Source: Amoebidium appalachense
Taxonomy: Eukaryota; Protista; Ichthyosporea
Length of the DNA stretch: 64,000 bases
Assembly: GCA_963693365.1 (NCBI GenBank)
Contig: CAVNZM010000005.1
Location: forward strand, 2,470,342-2,534,341
Direction: 5' to 3'
Position numbers and translations under genes: made by a program. Below the pieces are notes generated by a model, which saw only the letters and a list, made by a program, of their open reading frames with translations, was not told the DNA's origin and did not search any database. Shown here in pieces: positions 16,736 to 32,415 of the stretch. Position 1 is the first letter of the stretch. Each line of letters starts with the position of its first letter.

Positions 16736-16789
16736 GAGAGGTTTGTCCCCGTGACTTTTTTTTTCTTTTTCTTTTTTTTTTTCTTTTTT

Positions 16790-16834
<45 letters not shown>

Positions 16835-16911
16835 GGGGGGGGACTGGGGAGGGCGGGGATTGGCAGCACGTTCAATGCTACTTCGGAGTAATGAAATTCG
16901 AAATGCTGATG

Positions 16912-17077
16912 TAGATGCCGTCCGCCATTAAGATTACCCGCCATTAAGATGCCACTAGCGACCAACTTGATTATGCCCCACGACCAGATTTTGGGCTAAC
17001 CTATTGACGGACGGCATATACTAATGAATCATGCTGGATCATGCATGGCAAGAGTGGTTCGGAAGCCTTGGCAACTC

Positions 17078-17139
<62 letters not shown>

Positions 17140-17345
17140 CCCCTCCACCCCAACTCCCCCGTCATATTATGAGTACACTGCCGTGTATGTGCAATATTGC
17201 GTGTGTCCCCTCCCCCCCCCCCCCCCCCCTCTCCCTCCCCCCCCAGCGCCATTAAGACTCGACAGCAGCCTCTAAAACTTTTAAGTAATTACATTATGCC
17301 CGCCACCCCCATTTTGGGGGGGTTCTTAATGGCGGACGGCATCTG
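16912..17345. mobile_element. MITE of the same TIR family, opposite orientation
   Basis: TAGATGCCGTCCGCCATTAAGA ... TCTTAATGGCGGACGGCATCTG|TA with internal CGCCATTAAGA repeats. Its right-end subterminal sequence matches the left end of 42054-43493. Confidence 0.78.
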
Positions 17346-17599
17346 TATTTTGTGCCTGTACTGGCTGTGCTTCCCAAGTCATCATATTTACCTCAGCAAA
17401 AACACTGTTTTCAATAGCAACACACTCAGTCCAAATCATGACTTTCGCACATCGTAGTTTCGAACCCATTGCACATCTTGTAGTCGTACGAGGCCGGGGT
17501 GTTGCCAGGTGGCATGGCTTTTAAATCTCAATGCCACACAATGGGGTGGAGTCGGTGCAATGTAAGAGCACTTGGTGTGTGGTAATGTTCACTGTGCAA

Positions 17600-18490
<891 letters not shown>

Positions 18491-20429
18491 GGTCACAGCA
18501 AGGTCACGCAAGAGGGCAATTCTCACACTGGAGCAATCTCAGTAAAATGTGCGCATGCTCTCAGTAAAATGTGCGCATGCGCACCCTCTCTTTATTCCGA
18601 TATTCTCAGTGACACCGCCACTCAGTGGCGTGTCATGATCAAGGTTTGCCTACAAGCCGAGGCTTTGAAAAAATGGATAAGACTTTAAACGTTAAAACCT
18701 GATATTCATTCAGCGATTTCACCACCCATCCAGGGCGCGCACCACATCTCTTTCCAACTTGTAGCAGCTCTGTAGCACTTCACAGTTGAAACTCGAGTAG
18801 TGAGTGGCCCTGAGTCTGGGAAATGATAATCTTCCCCGGCCACGGTTTCTTTCATTAATAAAAAATTCTCAAGTCGCAGCGCACTTTTCCGTGCCTTTCA
18901 CACAATATCCATCAGTCGTATGGATATTTATAATCACGCGTTTGGGTTGTGTATTCAATAGTGCCGACACTGTGCACGTGTTCTTCAGTTCTGCTGTGTC
19001 TCCTCCTCCAGCCGCTGGTCGTCAAAAACGGGTGAGCGGTGAGGCACGGCGCGCTGGCGGTCAACCATGTCGACACAGCCGCACATTTCAGTTTCGTACA
19101 TTGCGGGGGCCATTGCTGTGTGTGTTTTCGTCGCCGGTAGGCCGTGAAATATGGCGCATCACTACTGTCGCGAAGAGTGGGTGAATTTTGTAGGTGATTT
19201 GCTTGAAGGCGTCGACTACTTGAATGAATTGACGACACCGTTGGCGAAGACCTTGGTTTTATATTATACCATTTGCGGCCAAAATTTATCGACAGATTTG
19301 ATGCGTGAGTGTTAGCCAATAAGCTACTGTAAGACTACAGAAGCGATCTATGCACGGTAACCAGCCTCAACTACATGTCCCAATCATGAAACCTACATTT
19401 TTCGAACGTATAAATTATGGACATGTTACTCTGCTATAGAAATTATTATTTATCTTATCTTCATGCTACACTATACTCATATGCCTGCAGTCTATTCTGT
19501 GGACAATCCGGAATCCCGGATATACTTCGACTATCGAATTATTTCCCCACACTACTCAGTTGATTGGCTGTAACAAACGATTGATGGGGGGATGTTTCGC
19601 CGGTGGCTCACAAGCCCCATGGCTTCGAAGCATGATTGGCTTTGATCAACTCAGAGCGCATTCTGGAATCGTTGGAATGACAACGGAATTCACGAGGCTC
19701 ACCATACAGTATGGGCAAATTGTATAATTTTGGTTCTTCAAGATATTTACATCAAGCCACTTTTGGAGGATGGAGGAAAAAACCTAATGGTGCAAGAACG
19801 CTTATAAATCATATTCTGGGGGACAGTGGCAGTGAAAAATCTGAAGGATAACAGGATCAACCGTTCATTGGCTGATTTCGGGCTCACTGTGAGCCACACG
19901 TGGCGACATGTGCCCCCCCAAAAGCTGCAAAAGTTAAACGTGACCTTTCCTGAATCATATCTTGTAGTCTTTATGGTGTCTCGTAGAGAAAGTAAACCCT
20001 GATATATAGTCACCACCCGACATCTATGTACGTGATCATGATATACCGCTGAGGGGATATTCCGAGCAAAAACCCCCCCCCCATACCTGAGACTGGTTCT
20101 CTTTGCCTCGAGTAAACAGCGTAAACCCCCATATCTATATACAACTACAAAAACTGCATACCACAATCTTCTAGGAATCTTTTGACTGGATAAGAGTGCT
20201 TACATAACAAGTTGGTTATTGCCGACATTACTGCGCGGCTTTTTTCTTCAGACCGAGCGGTTCCTAGAAGCCAACTTGCGATGTTTCTAGATCTGCCCAA
20301 GCTTCTGGCGTCTGGTGAGTGGTGACCAAGGCCTCCTTATCACCCTGGTGACGTGACCACTAATATTAGTACTGAAGCCGTACAGCTGCCGCAGGTTGAC
20401 GAGCCTTGGCCGTGGCGAGCTCATCAGAG

Positions 20430-21751
<1,322 letters not shown>

Positions 21752-22283
21752 TGCGCTCGGGCGCGCGTGTGTGGCGGCCGCGCCTACTAGTACACGTGTG
21801 TGAGTGTGGATGTTGGTGTGTGACTGTCGCAACGTGTGTTTCATGGGTGTGTCTTTGTCTGTCGGGTTGTTTCTGTATGTGCAGTGCCGAAGGGCCTGTC
21901 TGCACGACATAACTTACGTGTGTGTGTGTACATGTGTAAGCAGTGAGTTAATGTGTGCAGGTAACTGTGCATGACCTGACACTGTGGGGCAGTGCGTGGG
22001 CCCCAGAGTCGAATTGCCAAACCTAATGATCAGCGACTGGCAGTGTCACAGTGATCTTGCGGTTTTTCAAAATGTGCAGGCATGATGTAGAATAAATGCA
22101 TACCGTGCCAGTGCCTGTATAGTGTGTTTGAGTGTCGCAGGGTTGAGGTGAGAAACCAGGCGATTGAAATCGTTTGGGGACCCAGGGGGGGCAGAGTCAT
22201 GATTGAGAAAATGAGAGAAAGGGGGGGGGGGGGAGAGGGGGAGGGGGGGGGGAGTGGGATGAAAGGGGGACGTGCTAGCTCCA

Positions 22284-22394
22284 GGTTGAGGGAGGAGGAT
22301 TTGAGCTTTTTGTACCAGTGTGTGGATGCCTCTGATCCTCCTATGCATCACTATAACTGTGGCCGCGATGGCATGAGTCCTCTGCATCATGCAT
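22284..22394 (+). pseudogene. Possible isolated exon with an ankyrin-repeat-like motif
   Basis: AG...GT-bounded segment encoding LREEDLSFLYQCVDASDPPMHHYNCGRDGMSPLHHA (G-x-[TS]-P-L-H-x-A). No coherent neighbouring exons found. Confidence 0.25.
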
Positions 22395-22933
22395 GTGTGT
22401 GCAAAGCACGTCACATTAAACTTTTCACCCCAACACCGCCCCATTGTTGTCCCACTGTAAGACGAGCACCGGTCCTACATGACCTGTCACAGGTTGCATA
22501 TTCAAGATGTGCCCAGCCACCCGATTATTGCATGTGCTTCCAGGACCACCCGTAAACTCACCAAGCTCTGCTCAAACGCACGAAAACAGAATTAATCTGA
22601 AAGGGGAATAATAATAATAAATTCTTTTTGCAGAATTATTCAGCAAGAACAGAGTTTTAAGCAAGGGCATGATTTTTCTGTTTTGAGGAGAATAATTATG
22701 GTTTGAGCAGCTGATCATAGAAAAAGTATTCTGACCACGGCAGCACTGAATGAACTTTCTCTATGTAAGCAGAACTGTTCTACATATTTCTGCTTTTATT
22801 AATATAATCCTGCTTTTGCAGAATAATTTTCTGATTTACTTGCAGGTTAATGCAAGTCGAAGCACGTTGATTCTGCTGATGTTGGTTGGGCCCTCCTTCA
22901 ACTGCAGCTGTGATTACCTGCTTCCTGCTTCAA

Positions 22934-22965
<32 letters not shown>

Positions 22966-22969
22966 CACT

Positions 22970-23014
<45 letters not shown>

Positions 23015-24386
23015 GCCCCGTCTGAAAGGTTCGTCCCAGAGCCTCCCTAGGATGCTATGTGGTTGGGGAATTACCTCTTTGTGGCAAACGTCCTTTCGCT
23101 GGTTTTCCATTTTTGGTATGGTGTGCCATATTTGGGTTTGCCATATTTGGGCAATGGGGCCTTTTCGGTTGTGTCCGAGTCCGAGTCGCATGTCTATCCT
23201 TTTCTTTTTCCATCCGTTTCTTTTGGTGAGTGTCTTTTGTGTGCAAGTTGTAAACCAAACCTTGGGTTCCGAGGAGAAAACACTCTCAGAGCTCCCCTGG
23301 GTGTATGCCTTAACCCTGTGCCATATTTGGGCACGTAACGGTCCCACTTGGCTTACCAGGCCAGCTAGCAAGCGAGAGAGAGCGCGTGTATGCTTTCGTG
23401 GTTCCGTGTATATACGTTTTATCTATCCCCGTATTCTTTCTTTTTTATTCAGGATTAGTGGGTTTTTACCAGTCGGTAGATGTTCCCTTGAACATTCGTT
23501 AATTAGTGCTTGTGTATTTTGGGTGCAATACAGAGGTTCAGAATCACCAATACATGTGTCTGTGGTGTCTGGCAGTTGCTTTATGTAGAACGTTGTGTGT
23601 GTGCTAGGTCTTAGAAATGCTGTAATATCCCTGTGACCTTAACACTGTCCAGTGGGGATATATTTGGTGGCGCGGGTCCTGGCGGTGTGGCTTATTTTCT
23701 GGTTCGTGGGGCCCCCCTTCAAGTCACTGTGGGTGGTCGATAGGGCTTCTCAGTCTTTCCGTGGAAGAAACGTTTGAGCCTGTTGTGGTGCCACAGTGGT
23801 GGACAGCTTCCCTGAATATCTTGCTGTCTGCGATATTTATGAATTTCGTATGTGTCTGGATTTATTTCTGAGGCGCACACTACATATTTTGTACAGGCCT
23901 TTCCAAGAAAAAGCGAGCATCTGAACCCACCCACATGCTCACCCACTCACCACCCACCACCAAACAGCTTGAACCAACACCACCAAGGACACCACCACTC
24001 GCCCACTCCCACCTCACCCCACCCAACCCCTCATCTCCTCGAAGCCCTTCCCGAGCCGCAGTCCCATAGAGGCTTATGAAGTCACTACGCACTCAGTAGA
24101 CAGCCATATACAGCCACTAATATGGTCTATGTACCCAGAGACTGGTATTTAGCGAAGTGCTCCCCCGCTCCCCTCCTCCCCCCCCCTCCCCCCCCCCCCC
24201 CCCCTCCCCCCGCTTCCCCCTCCCCACCCTCCCCCCGCCGCCGTCTTCCCCCCCGGTCCCCAACTTCCATCCACCAACCCATCTGCCCATTCTCAAAGCT
24301 GTCTAATAATAGTCATCCTACCTATCTACAGCCTGAAGGCCCAGGAGGGGATGAACACGGCCAGGGGGGAAGGGGGGGGGGGGGGG

Positions 24387-24577
24387 ACTCATTATTAGGG
24401 CGGATGGGTCGAGTGAGTGGGTTGACGGGATGGAAAGAAGAGAGTGAGAGATGGGCTCCATTGCCAATATCTAACCCCTCTACAGAGGGTGGGTGGGTGG
24501 GTGGTGGTGGTGGTGGTGGTTGGGGGGGAGGGGGTTTGAAGTGTATGTGCATGTGAGAGAGGCTGGGGCTGGACACG

Positions 24578-24613
<36 letters not shown>

Positions 24614-24900
24614 CTGAGGGGGGGCATAAATAGGGTGGATTTGTCGGACGTTTGGGTTGGCAGGAGGATGGAAAGAAGAAAGCCAGACTTCATTGCCAAT
24701 CTAGCCCAGGGGGCAGGGGGGTGGGGGATGGGGGAGGGGGGGGGGGGGAGGGGGGAGGGGGGGGGCCGGGGGGGGATATATCTGTGTCTGTGGATGGTGA
24801 GGCCCCGAGGCATGGGGGGGCTCATAAATAGGGCGATGGGTCAAACGGGTTGGTTGGCAGGATGGAAAGAGGAGAGCCGGGCTTCATTGCCAATCTGCCC
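24387..24900 (+). repeat. Three diverged ~85-bp units separated by G-rich spacers (~200-240 bp period)
   Basis: Shared core (T)AGGG..GATGG/TT..GGTTG..GGATGGAAAGA..G..CT(T/C)CATTGCCAAT at ~24387, 24624 and 24820. Confidence 0.7.
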
Positions 24901-24965
24901 CGGCGGGTCTGAGGATGGGTGGGGAGCATGTGTGTGTATATTTGGGTAGGTGTGTGGGTGTGTGT

Positions 24966-24997
<32 letters not shown>

Positions 24998-25799
24998 GGA
25001 GGGGGGAAGGGGGGGGGAAGAGGGGGTGGGGGAGGAGAAGGGGTGCAGAGTTGGTTGATGGGAAAACAAAGTCCTAGATCAAGTTAAAGAGAATCCAAAA
25101 GAACATATGTTTCACACAAATGCAATGGGCTTAAGCTTTCCGTTTTCAGATCGTCCACAGGACTGAAGTGGCCTTGAATCTGGTTGGACAAATCACGATC
25201 CGATATCCTCCAATGACAATAAATCACGGTGGGGGACAATTTGACATGATTGGGCCGTTCAACGGTTAAGCCCCTTATAGCAGGGGGATAGGAGGGGCAG
25301 CAGCCATCCGCAGCTCAGACACGCATAGCCTAGTGCACCATGGTTTTTGGATCCGAATATGTCTAAACCGTTTGTGAAACGATTTTACTACAGTAGTATG
25401 CCTTTTGTTTTTCAAACCAATCTCCCTATACCAAGGTCTTTCGTCCTTTAACATTACCTCAGGCCTCCGTTTCTCCCTTTTTTTTAAAAAGAGAAAAAAG
25501 CCATAGTAGTTCTTTATAAGCTCTACTGTGACAGCTAGCGGAACTTGATCCAGGATCTACTCTCATGCATGCGCACACACACAATTTTGCTATGATACAA
25601 AATCTTTTCCGCCGTCCTCTTTCCGTTTGTCCGTACATATCATATCTTTCGACCTATAGAAAGTGGATGAGTATCACATTTTAACACAGCTCGGCGCACT
25701 CTAGAACCTGAGGAAAAGCAACAATATTCCGGAGCATCATATCATATTGATGCTTTTTTACGACCCCCTAGACTCTTCTTATATAGGCCACTAGCGAGT

Positions 25800-26320
25800 A
25801 GCATTCCTTCTCATTTTAGGAAACTTTGTCTCTGTCTGATTATTGTGTCTTCTTGCCCAAGCGTGATATTTGCTTGAGCCGCCTTACATTAATTTTGTTG
25901 TTCATAGTAGTTGTCACTTCTGTGACACTAGATTTGATGGAAAGCACCTAGACCGATGTAGCATTTTAATCCCGGCAAATTCTTCCAGCTTCTGTTTGGT
26001 TGCAGGCATTTACCCGCTATCCCAATATCACTACTTTAGCCTACTTGGTGAATACTAAAAAGTACTATGATATTTGTATGCGCTTTACAGTAACTTTTAC
26101 ATGGCTACCTTAAGCGATTGTTCGGACCCGCATAGCTGACCTCATACATGCAGCTTTTGGGCTGTCCCATGTTAGAATTTTCGTTTTTGGTATATCCCGT
26201 TGGATATCGGGTCACGGTAACTCAGCGACTATCTTGCTGTGTCTTTAACAACTGTACGATTATCCATTCGTAGCCCTGTCTGATGCCCCGCTCTAAATAA
26301 AATATAGTATCAAAAATAAA
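25800..26320 (+). mobile_element. Highly decayed LINE 3' remnant of the same broad family
   Basis: SCHFCDTRFDGKHLDRCSIL retains the CX2CX7HX3C knuckle, with AATAAA and an A-rich end near 26296-26320. Boundaries are approximate. Confidence 0.5.
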
Positions 26321-26925
26321 TCTTGAAAAATGATTTATTTATTTCGAAGAATGTATAAAACGGTTATGGAAAAGCGATTCAATGCTCAAACTGAGCTTCA
26401 GATGACTTCCGAAGTCATTTTCCGAAAAGCGCCGGGTTTATTCACAAGTTGTGCAATATTCGCTAGCAGTAACACCGTGACACAAGTATGCGGAAGGAAT
26501 GGGGTGGGCACATATACATATGGTATGCATATGTGTGCAAACAAACAATGGCGTGTGCACAAGTGTGTGTGGGCCGGAATTAGATAGGCTTCACGGAGAC
26601 TGGAAGTAGGAGGAGAGGTGCAAAATGAAAAGCTGTGAGAGTGGAGGGCAGCGATGTTCCTTCGTCTGTGCCACTAGTAGTGAATGCCAGTGTATCTAGG
26701 GGGGGAGAGGGGGGAGGGGGAGGGGGGGGGGGGATGCGGGAGGGAGGGGGAGGGGGTGGGTGGGTGGATAGAGAGGGATGCAGGAAACAGACTGTAGAAG
26801 GGTTCTGCAGCATAAATTTGCTCTAGCTGCTTGGCGAAAGGGTCCGGTGCTTCTTTTTCCTGGGCCCCTCCCCCCTCCCTCCCCCCCCCCCCCCTTCCCC
26901 TCCCTCCCCCGTCCCCCCCCCCCCC

Positions 26926-26963
<38 letters not shown>

Positions 26964-27183
26964 TAAGACAATGAGGGGGGTGGGGGGTGGAGTGGTGAGG
27001 GGAGGGGAGGGAAGGGGGGGGGGGGGGGGGGGGATGAACGGTGACTGGCAGGTCTCCTTGCTATTGATCTCAGCGAACCGCGTATCCAGGTATCCATCAG
27101 TGAAGTGTCTAAGGGTAGTGTGGGCCTTACCTCCCCAACCCCCCCTCCCATTCCCCCCCTCTCTCCCTTCCCCCCCCCCCCCC

Positions 27184-27218
<35 letters not shown>

Positions 27219-27747
27219 ACCCCGTCGCGCTGCCCGCCCATTTCCCCTTCCCTTCCCGGCTGGGCCGTGTACATACGTAAGACTGCTCCCCCGCTCCCCC
27301 TCTCCCCTTATCCCCCCCCTCCCCCCCCAACCACCACCACCACCACCACCTGCCCTTCATCCTCGCTAAACTGTATTCAATCAGTCATTTGGCGGACGCC
27401 CAAGCAACCTTTGGGCTGCCATGTTACAGGACGTTTTGCACTAATACTGCGTCATCCTTGCACTGGATGTTTATGTGATGCTGTCAACATGAATTTCCAA
27501 TCATGATACATAGGTTGTTTGTGTTGGATGAACTTGTCACATGATTATCGCTCTCATGCTGCGTATGCGGGTCGGGGAAATGAATAGTATAGATACGGTT
27601 AGCTGTTTTCGTCGGTGTTTAAGTTCTGGGCAGCCGATAGAAATCATGAATTTACAAATAAACATTGTTACTGCGTCTAGAAGCTGGTGGTGGTGGTATT
27701 GGTGGTGGTTTGGGGGGGGGGGGGGGGGGGGGGGGAGGGGGGGGGAA

Positions 27748-27784
<37 letters not shown>

Positions 27785-28027
27785 GGGGGGAGGGAGGGGG
27801 GAGGTCATACATTCAGTGTGAGTTGAGGTTGGAGTCAACTAGACTAAGTGATATTCCGCATAGCAAGCAACATTTTGAATTAACTTAGTGAAACAGGTAT
27901 GAACGGGCCAAAAAAAAACCGAAAATCAGAACTTCATATCGAATGGTATTACTACCGAATCAGTTAAGAATATGTAGGGAGACGCCGGTAAGCGGCAAAT
28001 TTTCCGTTGCAACACTTGGACTCCCCT

Positions 28028-28067
<40 letters not shown>

Positions 28068-28466
28068 TTCCTCCCCCTCCCCCCCCCCCCCCCCCCCACA
28101 TACCCACCCACCCACCCACCCACCCACCCGGCCCACCCACCCACCCACCCACCAATCCGCCCACCCCACCCCCACCCCCCCCCTCTCCCCCCTCCCCCCT
28201 CCCCCTCCTCCAGGTCCTCCAGCCTCTCCCTCAGCCAATTACTAATGCGTACAGCTCCAGCCTCTGCACCAGTTACCAATATGCAAAAACACTGAATACT
28301 TGCTGCCAAGCAAGCGCAAGAAAGAAATCCACATCATCAACCTCCCCCCCCCTCCCCCCCCCTCCCCCCCCCCCTCCCCTCCCCCCGCCTAATCGCCCCA
28401 TCCCCCCCCCCCCCTCCCTCCTCCTCCCCCTCCCCCCCCCCCCCCCCGCCGCCCCCGCCCTCAGAG

Positions 28467-28540
<74 letters not shown>

Positions 28541-29294
28541 ATTATCCCCCCCCCCCCCCCCCCCCCCCCCCCACGACCCCAACACACACACCACGCACCA
28601 CCGCCTCCTCCTACCAACGACGCCACGATCCTTTCGAAATTTTTGCTCCGCCAGATTGACGCCTCTACCAGCCCAATGGCATCGAATCTGTGCGTGCTGC
28701 CAGCTGATAACGGCATCTGTGTATAAAAACACACATGCCCTCTGTGGGTGGCACAACATAGAGCAGGAGCGTTAAATGTAAGTTTAATTAAGTTATAAAG
28801 TAAGCTGCTGATTGGCTTCAACTTTAAGCCAGGGGAAACAGCAAAAAGGTTTGGTCTATTGGGGCATCATATTGCTTCGGCTATCATGGTATGTTCGCCA
28901 CCTCAGTATCTTGATCAACTGTTTCCTCCTCTGGCAAGGTCTTCTGACGTAGCCCTCTAGCTGCCATATGTATACGACTCGTGAGTGCACTTTCAGTGTG
29001 CGTGCGATATCTGCATTGTATTTGCCTGGAGCCAAACTTCTAATTAGGGGTGGGAGAGCTGATTTTTTTGGGGGGGGGGCCAGGGGGGGGGGGGGGGGGG
29101 GGGAGCGGGGTATAGGGCCAAAAGATGATAACGCGTGGGCCAGGGCGGAAATCGGATAAAACATGTCCTTAATAAACAGCACATTCCCCCCAAAAATGAA
29201 ATCTAATGAGCCGATTGGATCCGAAATCCCATTCCAAAAAGAAAGCCATTTGATTGGATCCGCAATTTCACTTAAAAAATTTGAATTATCACTA

Positions 29295-29657
29295 TTTGCT
29301 CACATGAAGGGGGGGGAGGTTAGAACCGGGTAGAGTGGGAGGATACATGATTTATAGCGAAGAAATCGAAGAGAAGACGGGTGGGAAGTGAGATGGTGCG
29401 TGTGTGTGTGTGTGTGTGTGTGGGTCGGTGGGTGGGTGATGGTGGTGTTGGCGGTGGTGGTTGGGGGGGGGGGGGGGGGGGGGGAGGTTAGATATTGCTC
29501 ACATGAAGGGGGGGGAGGTTAGAACCGGGTAGAGTGGGAGGATACATGCTTTATAGCGAAGAAATCGAAGAGAAGACGGGTGGGAAGTGAGATGGTGCGT
29601 GTGTGTGTGTGTGTGTGTAGGTCGGTGGGTGGGTGATGGTGGTGTTGGCGGTGGTGG

Positions 29658-29712
<55 letters not shown>
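29295..29712 (+). repeat. Recent ~200-bp tandem duplication
   Basis: TTGCTCACATGAAGGGGGGGGAGGTTAGAACCGGGTAGAG...GGTGGTGGTT plus a G-run occurs twice, near-identically. Confidence 0.85.
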
Positions 29713-29713
<1 letters not shown>

Positions 29714-30358
29714 GGGCGCACAGAAAATGTGCCGGTTGAGTAACAGCCTGCCACTGTCAGGGGTACATGTACCCACAATATTGGTGGTGCGTGTAGTGGA
29801 CTAATGTAAAACAAATATTGGACTTGAGTTTTGTTAGACTGTGCCCCACACCCCACACCATTGGCAAGGCATGGTGTATTCGCCCACATAACTTCAGCAA
29901 AGAATTGGGCCGGGCTCAGGCCTCTCTGCTTGCGGCTTGGCATGCTGGAACCCGAGGCCCGGAGGAGAGACAAGAGAGGGGAGAGGAAGGGAGAAGGGTG
30001 TGTGTGTGTGTGTGTGTGCGTGCATGTGTGGGAATCATGCGTTTCAGAGTACGAATGGGGAAGGTCGGGGTTGAGGGCACTTTCGGGAGTCACTTGCTTC
30101 AAAGCAGCCGAATACAATTTTTCAGTTTATTCGTGGAGTTATTATATGCAAGGGGTATCCCTCACCCCTGCTGCGAGATTTAACAGGCCACGGGCATTTA
30201 TGCTACTGTGTGATCAGGGTTATGTTGTTATGATCCTAAAACCCAGGGTGGTTGGTTATCACACAATCGAGTCTACGCAACAATACTACCAACTAAGGGT
30301 ATCACGTTATTACCACTTGTACACGTGCACACCATAGCCTACATTCATGCCAGGTGCC

Positions 30359-31119
30359 TCATTCGATGGGCAGATAGATCTCTGTGCCCTTGAACCACAC
30401 AGGGACTTTAAACACCTTTGGAATAGAAAGAACCAAAAAGAAATAGCATGGCATATCTAAAGAATTACATAGGCGGTTGAAATTTACAATGCAACACCTT
30501 ACAGGCTATAAAAAAAACAGCAAATGTGGTCGGACTCATCCACGTGCAAGAAGCACAGTTAAAAAACAAACCGCCCAATGACCTTTTCACACACACACAC
30601 ACAAAAAAAACGATAAAACATACGGTGAAACACAGGCAACCCCCCCCACCCACTTGCCTTCCCCTCCGTTCATACCACCTTGTGTTCCTTTTCAGACTCC
30701 GGACTTGGGGGCACCGTTTCCTTCTCAACGGGACGGGGGGAGGGCACTGGCCCATAGACATCCAGATGGGGGGTCGGATTTGACAGCTTGTGGTCGGGCA
30801 GCAGCAGCCCGGCTGCCACCAAATCCGCAGCGCGTGCCTGGTAAATTCGGTCCAAAAGTTCCTGGTGGGGTTCCAGATCTAGGGGGCCGGCCTCGGCTGG
30901 GGACTTGAGGAAACGGTGGCACTCGCTGTAGCGCACGCTGCGGGTGTGCTCTATGGTGATGCGGTCGCCTATGTGAAACTGCCGGGTGGTGGCCACGGTG
31001 TTTTTGTCCAGCAGCGAGATAAGGCTGTCCACATTCACCTTGCCACTCCGCTGCGGAAAGCAGAACTTTAGACGTTTGTCCGGCTCGACCTCGCTCCCTC
31101 CCCGAAAAGAAACAGGCAT

Positions 31120-31154
<35 letters not shown>

Positions 31155-32415
31155 CGCCTCCCTACAACCACACACAATCAGTTCTCCCCAAGGCACAAGG
31201 TGTGCTCCAAGGCACAAGAAAAAAGCAACAACAAATCAGGCATAAAACAAAACCAGCGTCTGACCTGGCAACACCACCACAACACGCACAACCTCCCTCC
31301 CAAACCACGAAACCAAAGCCAACATACCACATTTGACACGTCGGCGTTTGAGGTAATAATGACCATACGGTTGCTGACGGGCACCAGCTTCCACGTGCAG
31401 GCCTTACCCCCTGGCTGCAGGCACAGACTGATGTTGTCCCAGTCCACGGTCCCGTCAAAGAACGTCGTCTCAATCCTGCCAAGCTTACGTGAGTCGGACA
31501 ACAACAACAACAACAACAACTCCTCAAAAACACTAGAAAGATGGGAAGCAAAAGGATCAAGCAAAACTAGATAAGGGTGGATAGGGTTGAACAAGATGCA
31601 AAACGTGCAGACATGGGACAGCAGCAGTTCCTGCCCCCTTCCCCCCCCCCCCCCCCCCCCCCCCCAAAGGAAAAAAGAACAAATCAAGTCGACAGCAGCA
31701 AGCTCGGGACAAGGCCACCATGGTAGTGTAGACGTGTTGCGCAGAATTATGCTCATGCTGGAAAACCAGAACGAAGGGGGAGTTGGAAAGAAACGATTGT
31801 GAGGGGAGGGACGGCATAGGTTAAACGAGAGAGCAGGATGACACCAAGGGCATACAGGTAAAGTGCAAGTAGGGGTTTCACACCTGTTGTCGGGCCAGAC
31901 CCTCCTTGACAACCTGAACCATTTGTCCCCACGGATTTCCATCTCACTGACAGTCAGGTAGCGGTCAAGCACCTTGCCTGTGAGTGCCTCAAACAGCGTG
32001 GTTTCCCCGTGCCAGAGCCCCGTGCTGACAAACTTTAAAGCCTTTTTCCTGTCATCTTCATCGTCTGGTTCATAGCGTTGCCGTTTGGCCTCGCGACCAA
32101 CATCGCTGTCTGTGCGCTGCCGACGCGTAGATGAACTGGAAATGGGAAGCGGGCGCTTGTCAGAGGATGTGATAGAAAATTGTTAAGAAACAAAGTAAAG
32201 AAGCGAAAATATGATAAGGTGAACTTAAACTCGGTGAAGTGCAGAAGAATTTAATACGAGTGGTTGGTGCACACAGACAAGAAGTCTTTACAGCGCAAAT
32301 TATACGCAACCGCGTTTAAGAAGCGAGACCATCATTCCTGTAACATAGCACACAACATTCGCACATACCTCTCCCGTTCGGAGTCCCTTTCGCCAGGCCG
32401 ATTCTCAACTAGCAT
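30359..32415 (-). CDS. Hypothetical protein, about 290 aa, 5 exons, no recognised domain
   Basis: Exons 32415-32369 (MLVENRPGERDSERE), 32135-31884, 31475-31328, 31050-~30676, 30415-30359 (VFKVPVWFKGTEIYLPIE*). All introns are GT-AG with compatible phases and the protein is not low-complexity. A basic NLS-like stretch REAKRQR is present. Confidence 0.72.
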
